Shown piece by piece: positions 55,070 to 64,000 of a stretch of DNA of 64,000 nt. Made by a program: the position numbers and the translations under genes. Source of the stretch: an uncultured Acidobacteriota bacterium (GTDB lineage Bacteria; Acidobacteriota; Vicinamibacteria; Fen-336); the NCBI GenBank assembly GCA_963720545.1, contig OY970399.1, positions 32,001-96,000 of the forward strand, given 5' to 3'. Each line of letters opens with the position of its first letter. Position 1 is the first letter of the stretch. The notes beneath the pieces are model-generated. The model ran no database searches. It was not told the origin of the DNA and was given only the letters and a program-made list of their open reading frames with translations.

Positions 55070-55967
55070 CATGGACGATAATGCGCGCCGCTCGCACGGC
55101 GCCGCCCTTCACTACAGTGAAAAGAGGCCGGCGCGCGGCCTGCGCGGCGTCATCGAATGTGTGTGGGAGGTCAGCGCGCGCGACCGAGCGGCTGGGCGCA
55201 GCATCGAACGCGTCGTGCCCGATGGCTGCCCCGAGCTGATCGTCCACCTCGGCGATCCGTTCTCCCGCCAGACCGGCGGCCGCTGGAAGAAGCAGCCGCG
55301 CGCGTTTCTCGTGGGAGCACTATCGCGGCCATGGCTCCTGCGGCCCGGCCGGCGAGTTCACACACTGGGCATGAGGTTTCGGCCAGGCGCGGTCACTGCG
55401 CTGCTTCGCATCGATATGGCGACGGCAACCGATCGGGAAGTGGCTCTGCACCGCCTCGTGCCACTTGCCGAAGCGCGCGCTCTAATTTCACGGCTCGCGA
55501 GTGTCGGAAACGAAGGCGTAGGGCGAGGTGCCAGGGAGCGGGCGGCGATCGCCTTCGAGTGGCTGCTCGAGAAGCTGGCGCGGACGGATGGCAGCTCGGC
55601 GCCCAGCGCGGCCCTCGAGTTCGTGCGGAAGAGCCGTGGCCAGGCGAGGGTCCGCGAGGTGGCGGCCGCGGTTGGCTGGACGCAGCGCAAGCTGGAGCGT
55701 TCGTTCAGGAAGCATGTCGGAATCGGACCCAAGCTCTACGCGCGGATCGTGCGCCTCAATGCCGTGCTCGCCACCCTCGACGCGCGTGAACGCGACGCTG
55801 CCGTCGACCTCGCACTCGACGCGGGCTACTTCGACCAGGCCCACTTGCTGCGCGAGTTCCGTGCGCTCGCTGGCCGCACGCCGCGCGCCGGACGCCATCA
55901 GGACGGCGAAATGGCGCGGCATTTCACCAGGCCGGAGCGGCTGCGGGCGCTGCTCGTGGGAGAGTGA
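55070..55967 (+). CDS. AraC-family regulator (DUF6597-type N-terminus)
   Basis: VVPDGCPEL, LERSFRKHVGIGPK, AGYFDQAHLLREF. Confidence 0.87.
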
Positions 55968-56099
55968 GGCGCGCAGCGGCTGCGGGCGCTGCCGAGCGAG
56001 AGAAAGCCGCAAGCGGTGCGCGCGGGCGGTGTCGCATTCGTCCAATCGCGACGATGCGCCGCTCCCTTAGAGTGCCGGCGGCGGAGAAAGGAATGCACG

Positions 56100-56690
56100 A
56101 TGCGACCGCAAATTGGGGTCCTGGTACTGGCCACGTCGTTGGGCATGGGGGCGGCCGTGGTGAATGCTCGAGGGGTTACCTCCGCCAGTGCGGTGGCGAG
56201 CGTCGACGGACGGGCGAACACAGGAGCGTTGAGCGCCAGAGCATTGGCGGGTATCGACGGTGAGGCGGACGGCGGAGGTCAGAGGTCTGCTGACGGCCCC
56301 GGCGCGAGCAACCTCGGGTGGCTCTCGGGGTGCTGGGGCAGCGAGAAGGATGGCGTGCAGACCGAAGAGTGCTGGACCGCGGTGCGCGGCGGCGCGCTGC
56401 TCGGCAGCCACAGCGACGTGAAGGAGGGCCGCATGGTGTCGTGGGAGTTCTTCCGCGTCGACACCACCGCCGATGGCACCTTCTATTTCGCGAGCCCGCA
56501 ATCACGCACGCCGGTGCCGTTCAGGATGGTGGAGAACACCGACAGGAAGGTCGTTTTCGAGAACAATGCTCACGACTTCCCGCAGCGCATCCTCTACTGG
56601 GTCGACGAGAAGGGCGCCCTGCACGCACGCGTCGAAGGCCCGATGGACGGCAAGGAAGCGTCCGAAGAATGGGTCTGGAACCGCCGCTAG
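56100..56690 (+). CDS. Secreted DUF6265-type protein
   Basis: LGWLSGCW, EECW, VFENNAHDFPQRILY. Confidence 0.75.
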   Translation: MRPQIGVLVLATSLGMGAAVVNARGVTSASAVASVDGRANTGALSARALAGIDGEADGGGQRSADGPGASNLGWLSGCWGSEKDGVQTEECWTAVRGGALLGSHSDVKEGRMVSWEFFRVDTTADGTFYFASPQSRTPVPFRMVENTDRKVVFENNAHDFPQRILYWVDEKGALHARVEGPMDGKEASEEWVWNRR

Positions 56691-56904
56691 CTGCTTGACA
56701 CTCCGCAAGCCACTGTGCGGCTGTTGAAACGGCGGTAGGCCGCGGCCTGCACGAAAAAGCGATGCCCGCGACCTGGGCTGAACCACCTGCAATGGTGTCG
56801 ATCAGCGTTGCGCCGGTGGGTTCGGGCGGCGATGGGTTTCGAATGTACCAACGCTGTCGGCGGAGAAACCCTACGCTGGCTGTCAGGGAGCTCTCGAAGA
56901 CACG

Positions 56905-59349
56905 ATGGAAGAACTGCTCAAGAACGTCCGCTATGCGGTACGCAGCCTGGTGGCGAACCCCGGGTTCGCGCTCATCGCCATACTCACGCTGGGCCTGGGG
57001 ATCGGCGCCAACGCCGCGATCTTCAGTGTCATCAGCGGCGTGCTCCTGAAGCCGCTGCCTTATGAAAAGGGCGACGACCTCGTCGTCATCCGGCAGTCGA
57101 CGCGCATCGAGGGCCAGGAAGATCCCGGCATCGCGGTCAACGAGTTCTACGATTACCGCGACCAGTCGCAGGACTTCTCGAGCCTCGTCGAATACCACCA
57201 GATGTCCTTCGACCTGCTCGAGCGCGGCGAGCCCGACCGGGTCAGCACCGGCGTCGTCTCGCACGATTTCTTCGACACCCTCGGCATCAAGCCGATCCTC
57301 GGCCGTTCGTTCGCCGCCGGCGACGACCTGCCGGGCGCCGAGGCGGTGCTGATCCTGAGCAACAAGTACTGGCGCGAGCGCTTCGGCGGCGAAGCGAAGA
57401 TCGTCGGCGAGGTGTTCCAGATGAACGACCGGCCGCACCGCGTGGTCGGCGTCCTGCCCGACGTGCCGATGTATCCGAACGACAACGACGTGTACATGTC
57501 GGTCTCGGCGTGTCCGTTCCGCGCCCGCGCCGAAAGCGGCCGCCTGCAGAACCGCCGCGCGTTCGCCATCCTCAACGTCTTCGGCCGCCTCAAGCCAGGC
57601 GTGAGCCGCAAGGCGGCCGACGCCGGCGTCGGCGCCATCTGCCACCGCTTCGCCGGCGACGACCGGAGCGTCTACCCGGCAAACGCCGGCTTCGAGGTGG
57701 CGGCGGCCAACATCCGCGAAGAGCTGACGCGCGATGCGCGGCCGATGCTGCTGATCCTGCTCGGCACCACCGGCCTCATCCTGCTGCTGGCCTGCGCCAA
57801 CGTCGCGAACCTGACGCTCGCGCGGCTGCTGCGCCGCGAGCGTGAGCTGGCGCTGCGCGCCGCGCTCGGCGCCGACCGTGGCCGGCTGATCCGCCAGCTG
57901 CTGACCGAAAGCTCCATCCTGTCGCTCGCCGGCGGCGTGGTCGGCATCGGCTTCGCCTGGACCACGGTGGGCCTGCTCACCGACTTCGTCGCGCGCTTCA
58001 CGGCGCGCACCGGCGAGGTCGGCATCGACTGGCGGGTGCTGGCGTTCACGCTCGTGATCTCGGTCGGCACCGGCCTGCTGTTCGGCACGGTGCCGGCGCT
58101 CTCGTCGCGCGCCGACCTCGCGAACTCGATGAAGCAGGGCAGCAAAGGCTCGGGCGAGTCGCCGCGCCGGCGCAAGCTGCAGAACGCGCTGATCGTGGCG
58201 CAGGTGGCGGTGTCGGTGGTGCTGCTGGTGGGCGCCGGGCTGCTGCTCACGAGCTTCTACCGGCTGCAGCGAACGAACGCAGGCTATTCGCCCGAACGCG
58301 TGCTCTCCGCCGAAGCCTTCACCAATTTCTCGAAGTACCCGAACGCCGACGCGCAGATCGCGTTCTACTCGCCGCTCCTCGAGCGACTGCAGGCCGCGCC
58401 CGGCGTCGTCTCGGCGGCCATCACCAACGCCGTGCCGCTCAGCACCAGCACGCCGGGGCAGGTGTCGTTCGACATCGAGGGCCAGGTCGAGCCGGACGTG
58501 AACCGCAAGCCGACGATGGACCTGCGGGTCGCCTCGCCGCTCTTCTTCGATACGCTCGGCATCAAGCGCCTCGCGGGCCGGGTGTTCAGCGACGCCGACG
58601 ACAAGCGCGCGCCGCTGGTGGTAGTGATCAACCAGTCGATGGCAAATCGTTTCTGGAAGGGCAAGGACCCGGTCGGCTCGCGCATCACCGGCGACAACGG
58701 CCAGACCTGGGCAACGGTGGTGGGCGTGGTTGGCGACGTGAAGCAATTCGGCCTGGAGCGCGACGCCATCGCCCAGGTGTACGAGCCGCTGAAGCAGACG
58801 GCGTCGGGCCTCGGGGGGCGGATCCTGGTGCGCACCGTCGGCGATCCGGCGGGCGCAACCCAGGCGGTGCGTGCGGCGGTACGCGCGGTGGACCCGTCGA
58901 TGCCGATCGAGAACGTCGGCACGCTCGAAGAACTGCGCGACAAGAACCTCGCGACGCCGCGGCTCACGGCGGCGCTGCTTTTGGTGTTCGCCGCGCTGGC
59001 GCTGTTCGTGACCATGGCCGGCATCACCGGCGTCATCGCCACCTCCGTATCGCAGAGGACCCAGGAGTTCGGCATGCGCATGGCGCTAGGCGCGCGCCGC
59101 GATGCGGTGCTGAGGATGGTGGTGGGACAGGGCCTGATGCTGGTCGGCGCGGGTGTCGCGGCGGGCCTCGTGGCTGCGGCGCTCGCGACGCGGGTGCTGT
59201 CGTCCTACCTCTACGACACGCGCGCCACCGATCCGCTCACGCTCGCGGCGGTGATCACGTCGCTGTTCCTCTGCGGCATCGCCGCGTGCATCGGCCCGGC
59301 ATGGCGGGCCACGACCGTGGACCCGATGGTGGCCCTTCGGAGCGAGTAG
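56905..59349 (+). CDS. MacB/FtsX-type duplicated ABC permease (ADOP)
   Basis: LGLGIGANAAIFS, LACANVANL, RAALGA, QLLTES, RTQEFGMRMALGA, VDPMVALRSE. Confidence 0.92.
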   Translation: MEELLKNVRYAVRSLVANPGFALIAILTLGLGIGANAAIFSVISGVLLKPLPYEKGDDLVVIRQSTRIEGQEDPGIAVNEFYDYRDQSQDFSSLVEYHQMSFDLLERGEPDRVSTGVVSHDFFDTLGIKPILGRSFAAGDDLPGAEAVLILSNKYWRERFGGEAKIVGEVFQMNDRPHRVVGVLPDVPMYPNDNDVYMSVSACPFRARAESGRLQNRRAFAILNVFGRLKPGVSRKAADAGVGAICHRFAGDDRSVYPANAGFEVAAANIREELTRDARPMLLILLGTTGLILLLACANVANLTLARLLRRERELALRAALGADRGRLIRQLLTESSILSLAGGVVGIGFAWTTVGLLTDFVARFTARTGEVGIDWRVLAFTLVISVGTGLLFGTVPALSSRADLANSMKQGSKGSGESPRRRKLQNALIVAQVAVSVVLLVGAGLLLTSFYRLQRTNAGYSPERVLSAEAFTNFSKYPNADAQIAFYSPLLERLQAAPGVVSAAITNAVPLSTSTPGQVSFDIEGQVEPDVNRKPTMDLRVASPLFFDTLGIKRLAGRVFSDADDKRAPLVVVINQSMANRFWKGKDPVGSRITGDNGQTWATVVGVVGDVKQFGLERDAIAQVYEPLKQTASGLGGRILVRTVGDPAGATQAVRAAVRAVDPSMPIENVGTLEELRDKNLATPRLTAALLLVFAALALFVTMAGITGVIATSVSQRTQEFGMRMALGARRDAVLRMVVGQGLMLVGAGVAAGLVAAALATRVLSSYLYDTRATDPLTLAAVITSLFLCGIAACIGPAWRATTVDPMVALRSE

Positions 59350-60696
59350 CTACTCTGGCGGCGCCTCGAAGGTCGTCGTGTTTCGCGTGAAGCCGCGGGT
59401 GCGGATGGCGCCGTAAATGATGCCGGCAAGCAGCCAGGCGCCGCCGGCGAGCTTGGCGATCGGCCGCAGGCTCCACCACAAGTAGGCGCACACGGCGAAG
59501 CCGACGAGCGGCAGCACGAAGTTGTGCCACTTGCGCTCGTCGCTGCGCAGCCAGTAGCGCGCGAACGCCGCGAGGTTGACGCCGGCAAAGGCGATGAAGG
59601 CGCCGAAGTTCAGCATCTCGGCGCCCAGCTGGAAGCTCAGCAGGAAGCCGCCGATGAGTGCCAGCACGCCGATGAAGATGACGTTGTTGCGCGGGATGTT
59701 GGTGCGCGGGTCGATGTAGCCGAAGAACGAGCGCGGCAGCGCACCGTCGCGGCCCATCCCGTAGAGCAGCCGCGCGGCGCCGAGGTGCGCGCCGGTTCCC
59801 GAGCCGAGGTTCGCAACCAGCATGGCCGTATTCATGATGATGAAGATGATCGGCCCGCCGGCCTTGCCGGCGACATGCACGAACGCGGTGTCGACGTCGG
59901 GGAAGCCCTTCCAGTCGCCCCATACGAGTTGCGCCGCGTACACCTGCAGCACCGCGAGGATGCCGACGATGAAGCAGGTGAGCACGGTGGCGCGCAGCAC
60001 GTTGCGGCGCGGGTTCTCGACCTCCTCGGAGAGCGTCGAGATGCCGTCGAAGCCGATGTAGGTGAGGCAGGCGATGGACGCGCCGGTGAGCACGGTCGGC
60101 AGGGCGAAGGTGGCGGGGTCGTAGAAAGGCCGCAGCAGCGCGGCGCCGTCGAGGTGCGCGCCGAGCAGGTAGCGCAGCGCCGCGGTCAGGAACGTGATCA
60201 CGACCAGCGTGAGGGCGATGCCGATGACCGTGTTGGTGCGCGCGCTGGCCTTCACGCCGCGCAGGTTGAGGAGCGTGAACGTGAGCGCGAAGAACGGCAC
60301 CCAGAAGGCGTACGGCACCCCCGGGAGGAAGTTCATCGCCACCTTGCTGCACAGGATCGTGCAGATGATGGGATTGAGCGCGTAGTCCATCACCATCGAC
60401 CAGCCGGTGACGTAGCCGAGCCCGGGATGCAGTTCGCGGCCGACGTAGGTGAACGCCGAGCCGGCGCTCGGGTAGGCGGCGGCCATGCGGCCGTAGCTCA
60501 TCGCGGTCAGCAGCATCGCGAACATGCCGATGAGGATGGTGGTGACCACGTGGCCGCGGGCTTCCTGGCTGACCACGCCGAAGATGCCCATCGGCGCCGT
60601 CGGCTGGATGAGGACGATGCCGTAGAAGACCAGGTCCCACAGGGTCAGCGTGCGGCGCAGGTGCGGCTGTTGTGCGGCGGTTGCGTCCGCGCTCAC
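59350..60696 (-). CDS. APC family permease
   Basis: LRRTLTL, YPSAGSAFTY, YIGFDGISTLSEE, RLLYGMGRDG; multiple TM helices. Confidence 0.9.
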   Translation of the reverse strand: MSADATAAQQPHLRRTLTLWDLVFYGIVLIQPTAPMGIFGVVSQEARGHVVTTILIGMFAMLLTAMSYGRMAAAYPSAGSAFTYVGRELHPGLGYVTGWSMVMDYALNPIICTILCSKVAMNFLPGVPYAFWVPFFALTFTLLNLRGVKASARTNTVIGIALTLVVITFLTAALRYLLGAHLDGAALLRPFYDPATFALPTVLTGASIACLTYIGFDGISTLSEEVENPRRNVLRATVLTCFIVGILAVLQVYAAQLVWGDWKGFPDVDTAFVHVAGKAGGPIIFIIMNTAMLVANLGSGTGAHLGAARLLYGMGRDGALPRSFFGYIDPRTNIPRNNVIFIGVLALIGGFLLSFQLGAEMLNFGAFIAFAGVNLAAFARYWLRSDERKWHNFVLPLVGFAVCAYLWWSLRPIAKLAGGAWLLAGIIYGAIRTRGFTRNTTTFEAPPE

Positions 60697-62102
60697 TGCG
60701 TGCCGCCGGTGGCCGCCGCGGCTTCGCGCGCGAGGAACCCGTCGATCACGGCACGCGCTCCGGCGCTCGTATAGACGAGGAAAATCTCCTCCGGCCGCGG
60801 GCCGCGCCGCAGGTAGTCGACCTCGGGGGTGCGCGGATAGTCGGAGCGCCGCACGGCGCCCGGCACGTTGCAGGCCGCCTGCTCGGTGGGCGAGAGCCGC
60901 AGGTCGTGCATCGACTCGAGCGCGAACAGCTTCAGGCGGCGCACGTCCTCGGTGAGCGGGTACGAGAACACCGCGTCAACCGCGGGAATCCCCGGCGGTG
61001 GCGGCGGCAGCGAGATCGAGGTCTCGGGCGGGCCATACGGATAGTGGTTGCCGGTGCCGGTCGCGTGGTTCGTGTAGAGCAGGAAGCGGGCGTTGCTGCG
61101 GGCGCCGACTGCCGCAGCCATCGCGGCAACGGCGGCGTACTGGTGGTCGGAGTGGTCGTCGAGCCAGGGATCGGGCATCACCACGACCGCGGGCTTGACC
61201 TTGGCGATGATGGTGCGCAGGTCCTCGACCAGGTTGGCCCAGCTCGACTTGCGCGCCCCCACCGGCAGCAGGCGCGAGACGTTGGCGCGCCGGTAGACGC
61301 CGATGTCGTCGTTCGGCCCGTACAGCTCGGGCACCACGGCGGCCGGCGACTTGTGCATCTCCTTGAGCCGCGCGTCGAAGTAGCCGAGGTTGTAGCAGCG
61401 CTCTGGCGGCACGCCGCCCTGCCACGGCACCGTCACGCTGTCCACAGCGCGCAGCCAGCCCTTGAGGCGGTACTGCGCCGCGGGATCGGCGACGTTGTCC
61501 TTGTAGTTCGCGTCGCCGGCGTTGCCCGACGTGACGGTGACGATGGTCGCGGCCTTGTTCGAGTAGAGGCCGAACGACGCGATCTCGGCGTCGTCCGGGT
61601 GCGCGGCGATCACCAGGATCGGCTTCGTCAGGTCGAGCTTGTTGTCGAACAGGCGCAGCGGCGCGTCGGCCGCGGCGAGCAAGGTTGTGCTGCCGGTGGC
61701 GACCACCTCGACGCTCGCGCCGGGCGTGAGCTGCTTGCGCAGGGAAGAAACGTTGAGCCAGCGCCGGCCCGCGGCGCCGGGCTCGAGGTGTTGGCGCAGC
61801 GAGGCGCCGCCCGCGCGCACGTCGACGAAGGGCGCAGCCTCGTCGAGGGCGCCGATGATGACGCCGAGGAGCGCCGTGTCCCAGGAGCCCGCCTTGTCCG
61901 GCCACGCGAAGCGCACGCCGCCAGGCGCTTCGGCCAGCGCGACCGTGAGCGGCGCTGCGTTGAACCGATAGCCTTCGGCGGCCGCGCCGTCGGCAGCGAG
62001 GGCTTGGGCAGGGAAAGCGAACGATGCCGACGCCAGCAGGACGGCGAACAGCGCGGTGGTTGCCGAGGGTGCGTGTGGCGGGCGACGGGAACTCGAATTC
62101 AC
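60693..62102 (-). CDS. Exported PIG-L family de-N-acetylase
   Basis: AHPDDAE and HSDH metal motifs, signal peptide. GTG 62102 overlaps the upstream stop (alternative ATG 62126). Confidence 0.82.
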   Translation of the reverse strand: MNSSSRRPPHAPSATTALFAVLLASASFAFPAQALAADGAAAEGYRFNAAPLTVALAEAPGGVRFAWPDKAGSWDTALLGVIIGALDEAAPFVDVRAGGASLRQHLEPGAAGRRWLNVSSLRKQLTPGASVEVVATGSTTLLAAADAPLRLFDNKLDLTKPILVIAAHPDDAEIASFGLYSNKAATIVTVTSGNAGDANYKDNVADPAAQYRLKGWLRAVDSVTVPWQGGVPPERCYNLGYFDARLKEMHKSPAAVVPELYGPNDDIGVYRRANVSRLLPVGARKSSWANLVEDLRTIIAKVKPAVVVMPDPWLDDHSDHQYAAVAAMAAAVGARSNARFLLYTNHATGTGNHYPYGPPETSISLPPPPPGIPAVDAVFSYPLTEDVRRLKLFALESMHDLRLSPTEQAACNVPGAVRRSDYPRTPEVDYLRRGPRPEEIFLVYTSAGARAVIDGFLAREAAAATGGTQ

Positions 62103-64000
62103 GGAGTCACTTTCGGTGCGTTCCATGCGACGGCCTCCATCTTGAGCGGGCCAAAGACGGTGCCCTGCGGATAGCGCACCGCGAGCTCGCGGCTTTCGCC
62201 GGGCATCAGCGCGAAGTAGTTGTCGTCCCAAAGCACCGGCACCACTTCCTTGCCGGTGGTGGCGTCGAGCGCCTTGAGGTGCACCTGAAACGCAACCGTA
62301 GTCCCGGTGTTGGAGATGGTGACGGTCCCGCCGGTGACAACTGCCGTGCTGCCCGGCGTTCCGCTGCCCGGCGAACCTGCCGCCGCACTACCCGTCGCTC
62401 TGGCGGCCGCACCGGCGGCGCCATTGCCGGGAGCCACCTTCAGCGTCAGTGTGGTTGCCGGCAGTGAAGAGAGTGCAGTGAGGTCGGCGTGCCGTTTCGT
62501 CGGCGTGTAGAACCACTCGGTTTTCTCCCAGTCGAGCACGTCGTCGGCCGTGGACAGCCAGTAGAAGTTGCTGCTGACGAGCTGGCCCGACGCGTCTTCC
62601 AGCCGCAGGTGCACGAAATAGACGGACGGGGCAGCACCAGCGGCCGGAGCCGGGACCTTCGACCACCGCACCACGGCGTCGGGCGCGAGATCGATCGTCC
62701 CCTTGTCCGCGAACAGCGTCTTCATCGACGCATCGAAAACCTGCACCGAGACGCGCAGGCCCTGGTGCGCGGTCCAGGTGTCGTTGACTATGGCGACCGA
62801 GCGGTCGTCGTAGGAGTACTGGACGTGCACCGGTTCGCACGCCTTCATGGTGCCGTAGAAGCCGCCGCCCGGCCGCAGGTAATAGTCGTAGAGGTGCCAG
62901 ATCAGCGACGGCCAGGCGTTGTTGAGCATCCACTGGACGACGCCGGTCGACGTGTACTTGTTGCGCGCGTACGCCTCGAACATCGCGCGTTCGCCGTCGT
63001 AGGTGAGCGCCTGCGCCTTGCGCGCATAGTCCTCGACGTCGGCCGAGGGGCCATAGCGGCCGCGCAACGCCGCGGTGAAGCGTTCGATGTTGCGGAATTC
63101 GTCGCCGCCGGCGTGAAAGTTCCACCAATCGTCGATGGGCCACAGGTGTTCTTTCGGCAGCATCTCGCGCAAGCTCTCGACCGGCGGCACCGCGGCACCC
63201 GGCCCGATCTCGGTGGCGAAGCCGAAGGCGCCGCCGTTCTTCGTGTCGGTGAGCCAGTAGGACGGCGGCACGTAGTCGTAGGGTCCGCGCATCTTCACGC
63301 CGGTGGCGCCGCTCACCGGCCCGGCAGCGTCGGTCGCGTTCGAGAGGATCGGCTTGTCCCAGCCGACGCTCGTCAGCACGTCGAGATACGCTTTCTCGAC
63401 GTCGTGCGGCGGCGGCTTGTCGCTGCCGTTCATCCAGGCGATCACGCTCGGATGCGCGCGCAACCGCTGCGCCTGGCTCGCGAGCGAGGAAGGCCCGACG
63501 CGGTGGTCTTCGGCGTCCCACTTGTCCCACATCTCCCACTGGTCGCAGCAGCACCAGCCCGGCATGGTGAGGATGCCCATCTCGTCGGCGAGGTCGTAGA
63601 AGAGGTCGCCCTCGAGCTTGCCTTCGAGGCGCACGGTGTTGAGGCCCATCGCCTTCACGTACTCGAGTTCGGCGCGCAGGCGTTCGCGCGACGCCGGACG
63701 GAACAGCATGTCGCTGGCCCAGCCGCCGCCGCGAATCACCAGCGGCCGGCCGTTCACCTTGAAGAGCCGGTGCCCGGCAGGCGTGAGCTCGCTCGTCATC
63801 TGCTGGATGCCGAAGCGCGACTTCGCGCTGTCCGACACTGCGCCGCCCACCACCGCTTCCACCGTGATCGGGTAGAGCGCCGGCTCGCCCATGCGGTAGG
63901 GCCACCAGAGCCGCGGCTTCGCCATCACCAGGCCGGGCGCTTCGGCGCTGGTGATGCGCACCAGCTTCTGCTCGTGCGGGCCGAGCGACACCTGCTTGGC
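62099..64000 (-). CDS. GH2 exo-beta-D-glucosaminidase (CsxA-like); 5' end outside window
   Basis: PRLWWP, RFGI, GLNTVRLEGK, GWCCCDQWE, GSD, KMRGPYDYVPP, WMLNNAWPS, DNYFAL. Confidence 0.87.
   Translation of the reverse strand, partial: AKQVSLGPHEQKLVRITSAEAPGLVMAKPRLWWPYRMGEPALYPITVEAVVGGAVSDSAKSRFGIQQMTSELTPAGHRLFKVNGRPLVIRGGGWASDMLFRPASRERLRAELEYVKAMGLNTVRLEGKLEGDLFYDLADEMGILTMPGWCCCDQWEMWDKWDAEDHRVGPSSLASQAQRLRAHPSVIAWMNGSDKPPPHDVEKAYLDVLTSVGWDKPILSNATDAAGPVSGATGVKMRGPYDYVPPSYWLTDTKNGGAFGFATEIGPGAAVPPVESLREMLPKEHLWPIDDWWNFHAGGDEFRNIERFTAALRGRYGPSADVEDYARKAQALTYDGERAMFEAYARNKYTSTGVVQWMLNNAWPSLIWHLYDYYLRPGGGFYGTMKACEPVHVQYSYDDRSVAIVNDTWTAHQGLRVSVQVFDASMKTLFADKGTIDLAPDAVVRWSKVPAPAAGAAPSVYFVHLRLEDASGQLVSSNFYWLSTADDVLDWEKTEWFYTPTKRHADLTALSSLPATTLTLKVAPGNGAAGAAARATGSAAAGSPGSGTPGSTAVVTGGTVTISNTGTTVAFQVHLKALDATTGKEVVPVLWDDNYFALMPGESRELAVRYPQGTVFGPLKMEAVAWNAPKVTP

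Noticed and set aside
56695..56724. TTGACA as a promoter for the ADOP permease
   Set aside because: No acceptable -10 hexamer at 16-18 bp spacing.
59344..59355. Perfect palindrome GAGTAGCTACTC
   Set aside because: Explained by two convergent genes that both end in GAG TAG and abut directly.
62340..62435. Short repeats encoding a Gly/Ala/Ser/Pro stretch in the GH2 C-terminus
   Set aside because: An in-frame low-complexity loop insertion with no sign of separate function.

Overview
High-GC bacterial chromosomal window. It is most consistent with Acidobacteriota (Vicinamibacteria-like), inferred from the VWFA/TPR pair, the duplicated orphan permease and the carboxypeptidase-domain TonB-dependent receptor. 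1-15.7 kb: surface-polysaccharide cluster (UDP-GlcA decarboxylase, WcaJ-type initiator, five glycosyltransferases, ugd, galE, MsbA-like ABC) with a TonB-dependent receptor and a hydrolase embedded in it. 15.7-25.4 kb: housekeeping block (yicC, gmk, rpoZ, coaBC, family-4 UDG, priA, M50 protease, two HU/IHF genes, der, MerR, two tRNA-Pro). 25.4-46 kb: accessory metabolic and secreted-enzyme genes. 46-52 kb: Ku-less DNA repair cluster (Prim-Pol, LigC-type ligase, ExoIII, an unknown protein, PolX-PHP). 52-53.9 kb: HNH endonuclease gene preceded by four 40-bp tandem repeats and a palindrome that recurs inside the gene. 54-64 kb: pirin, AraC, permease and a GH2 exo-glucosaminidase / PIG-L deacetylase / APC permease operon. 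Seven genes carry single-base frameshifts, probably assembly errors. No CRISPR array, rRNA, integrase or transposase was seen. All family calls come from motif recognition by eye; no database searches were run.
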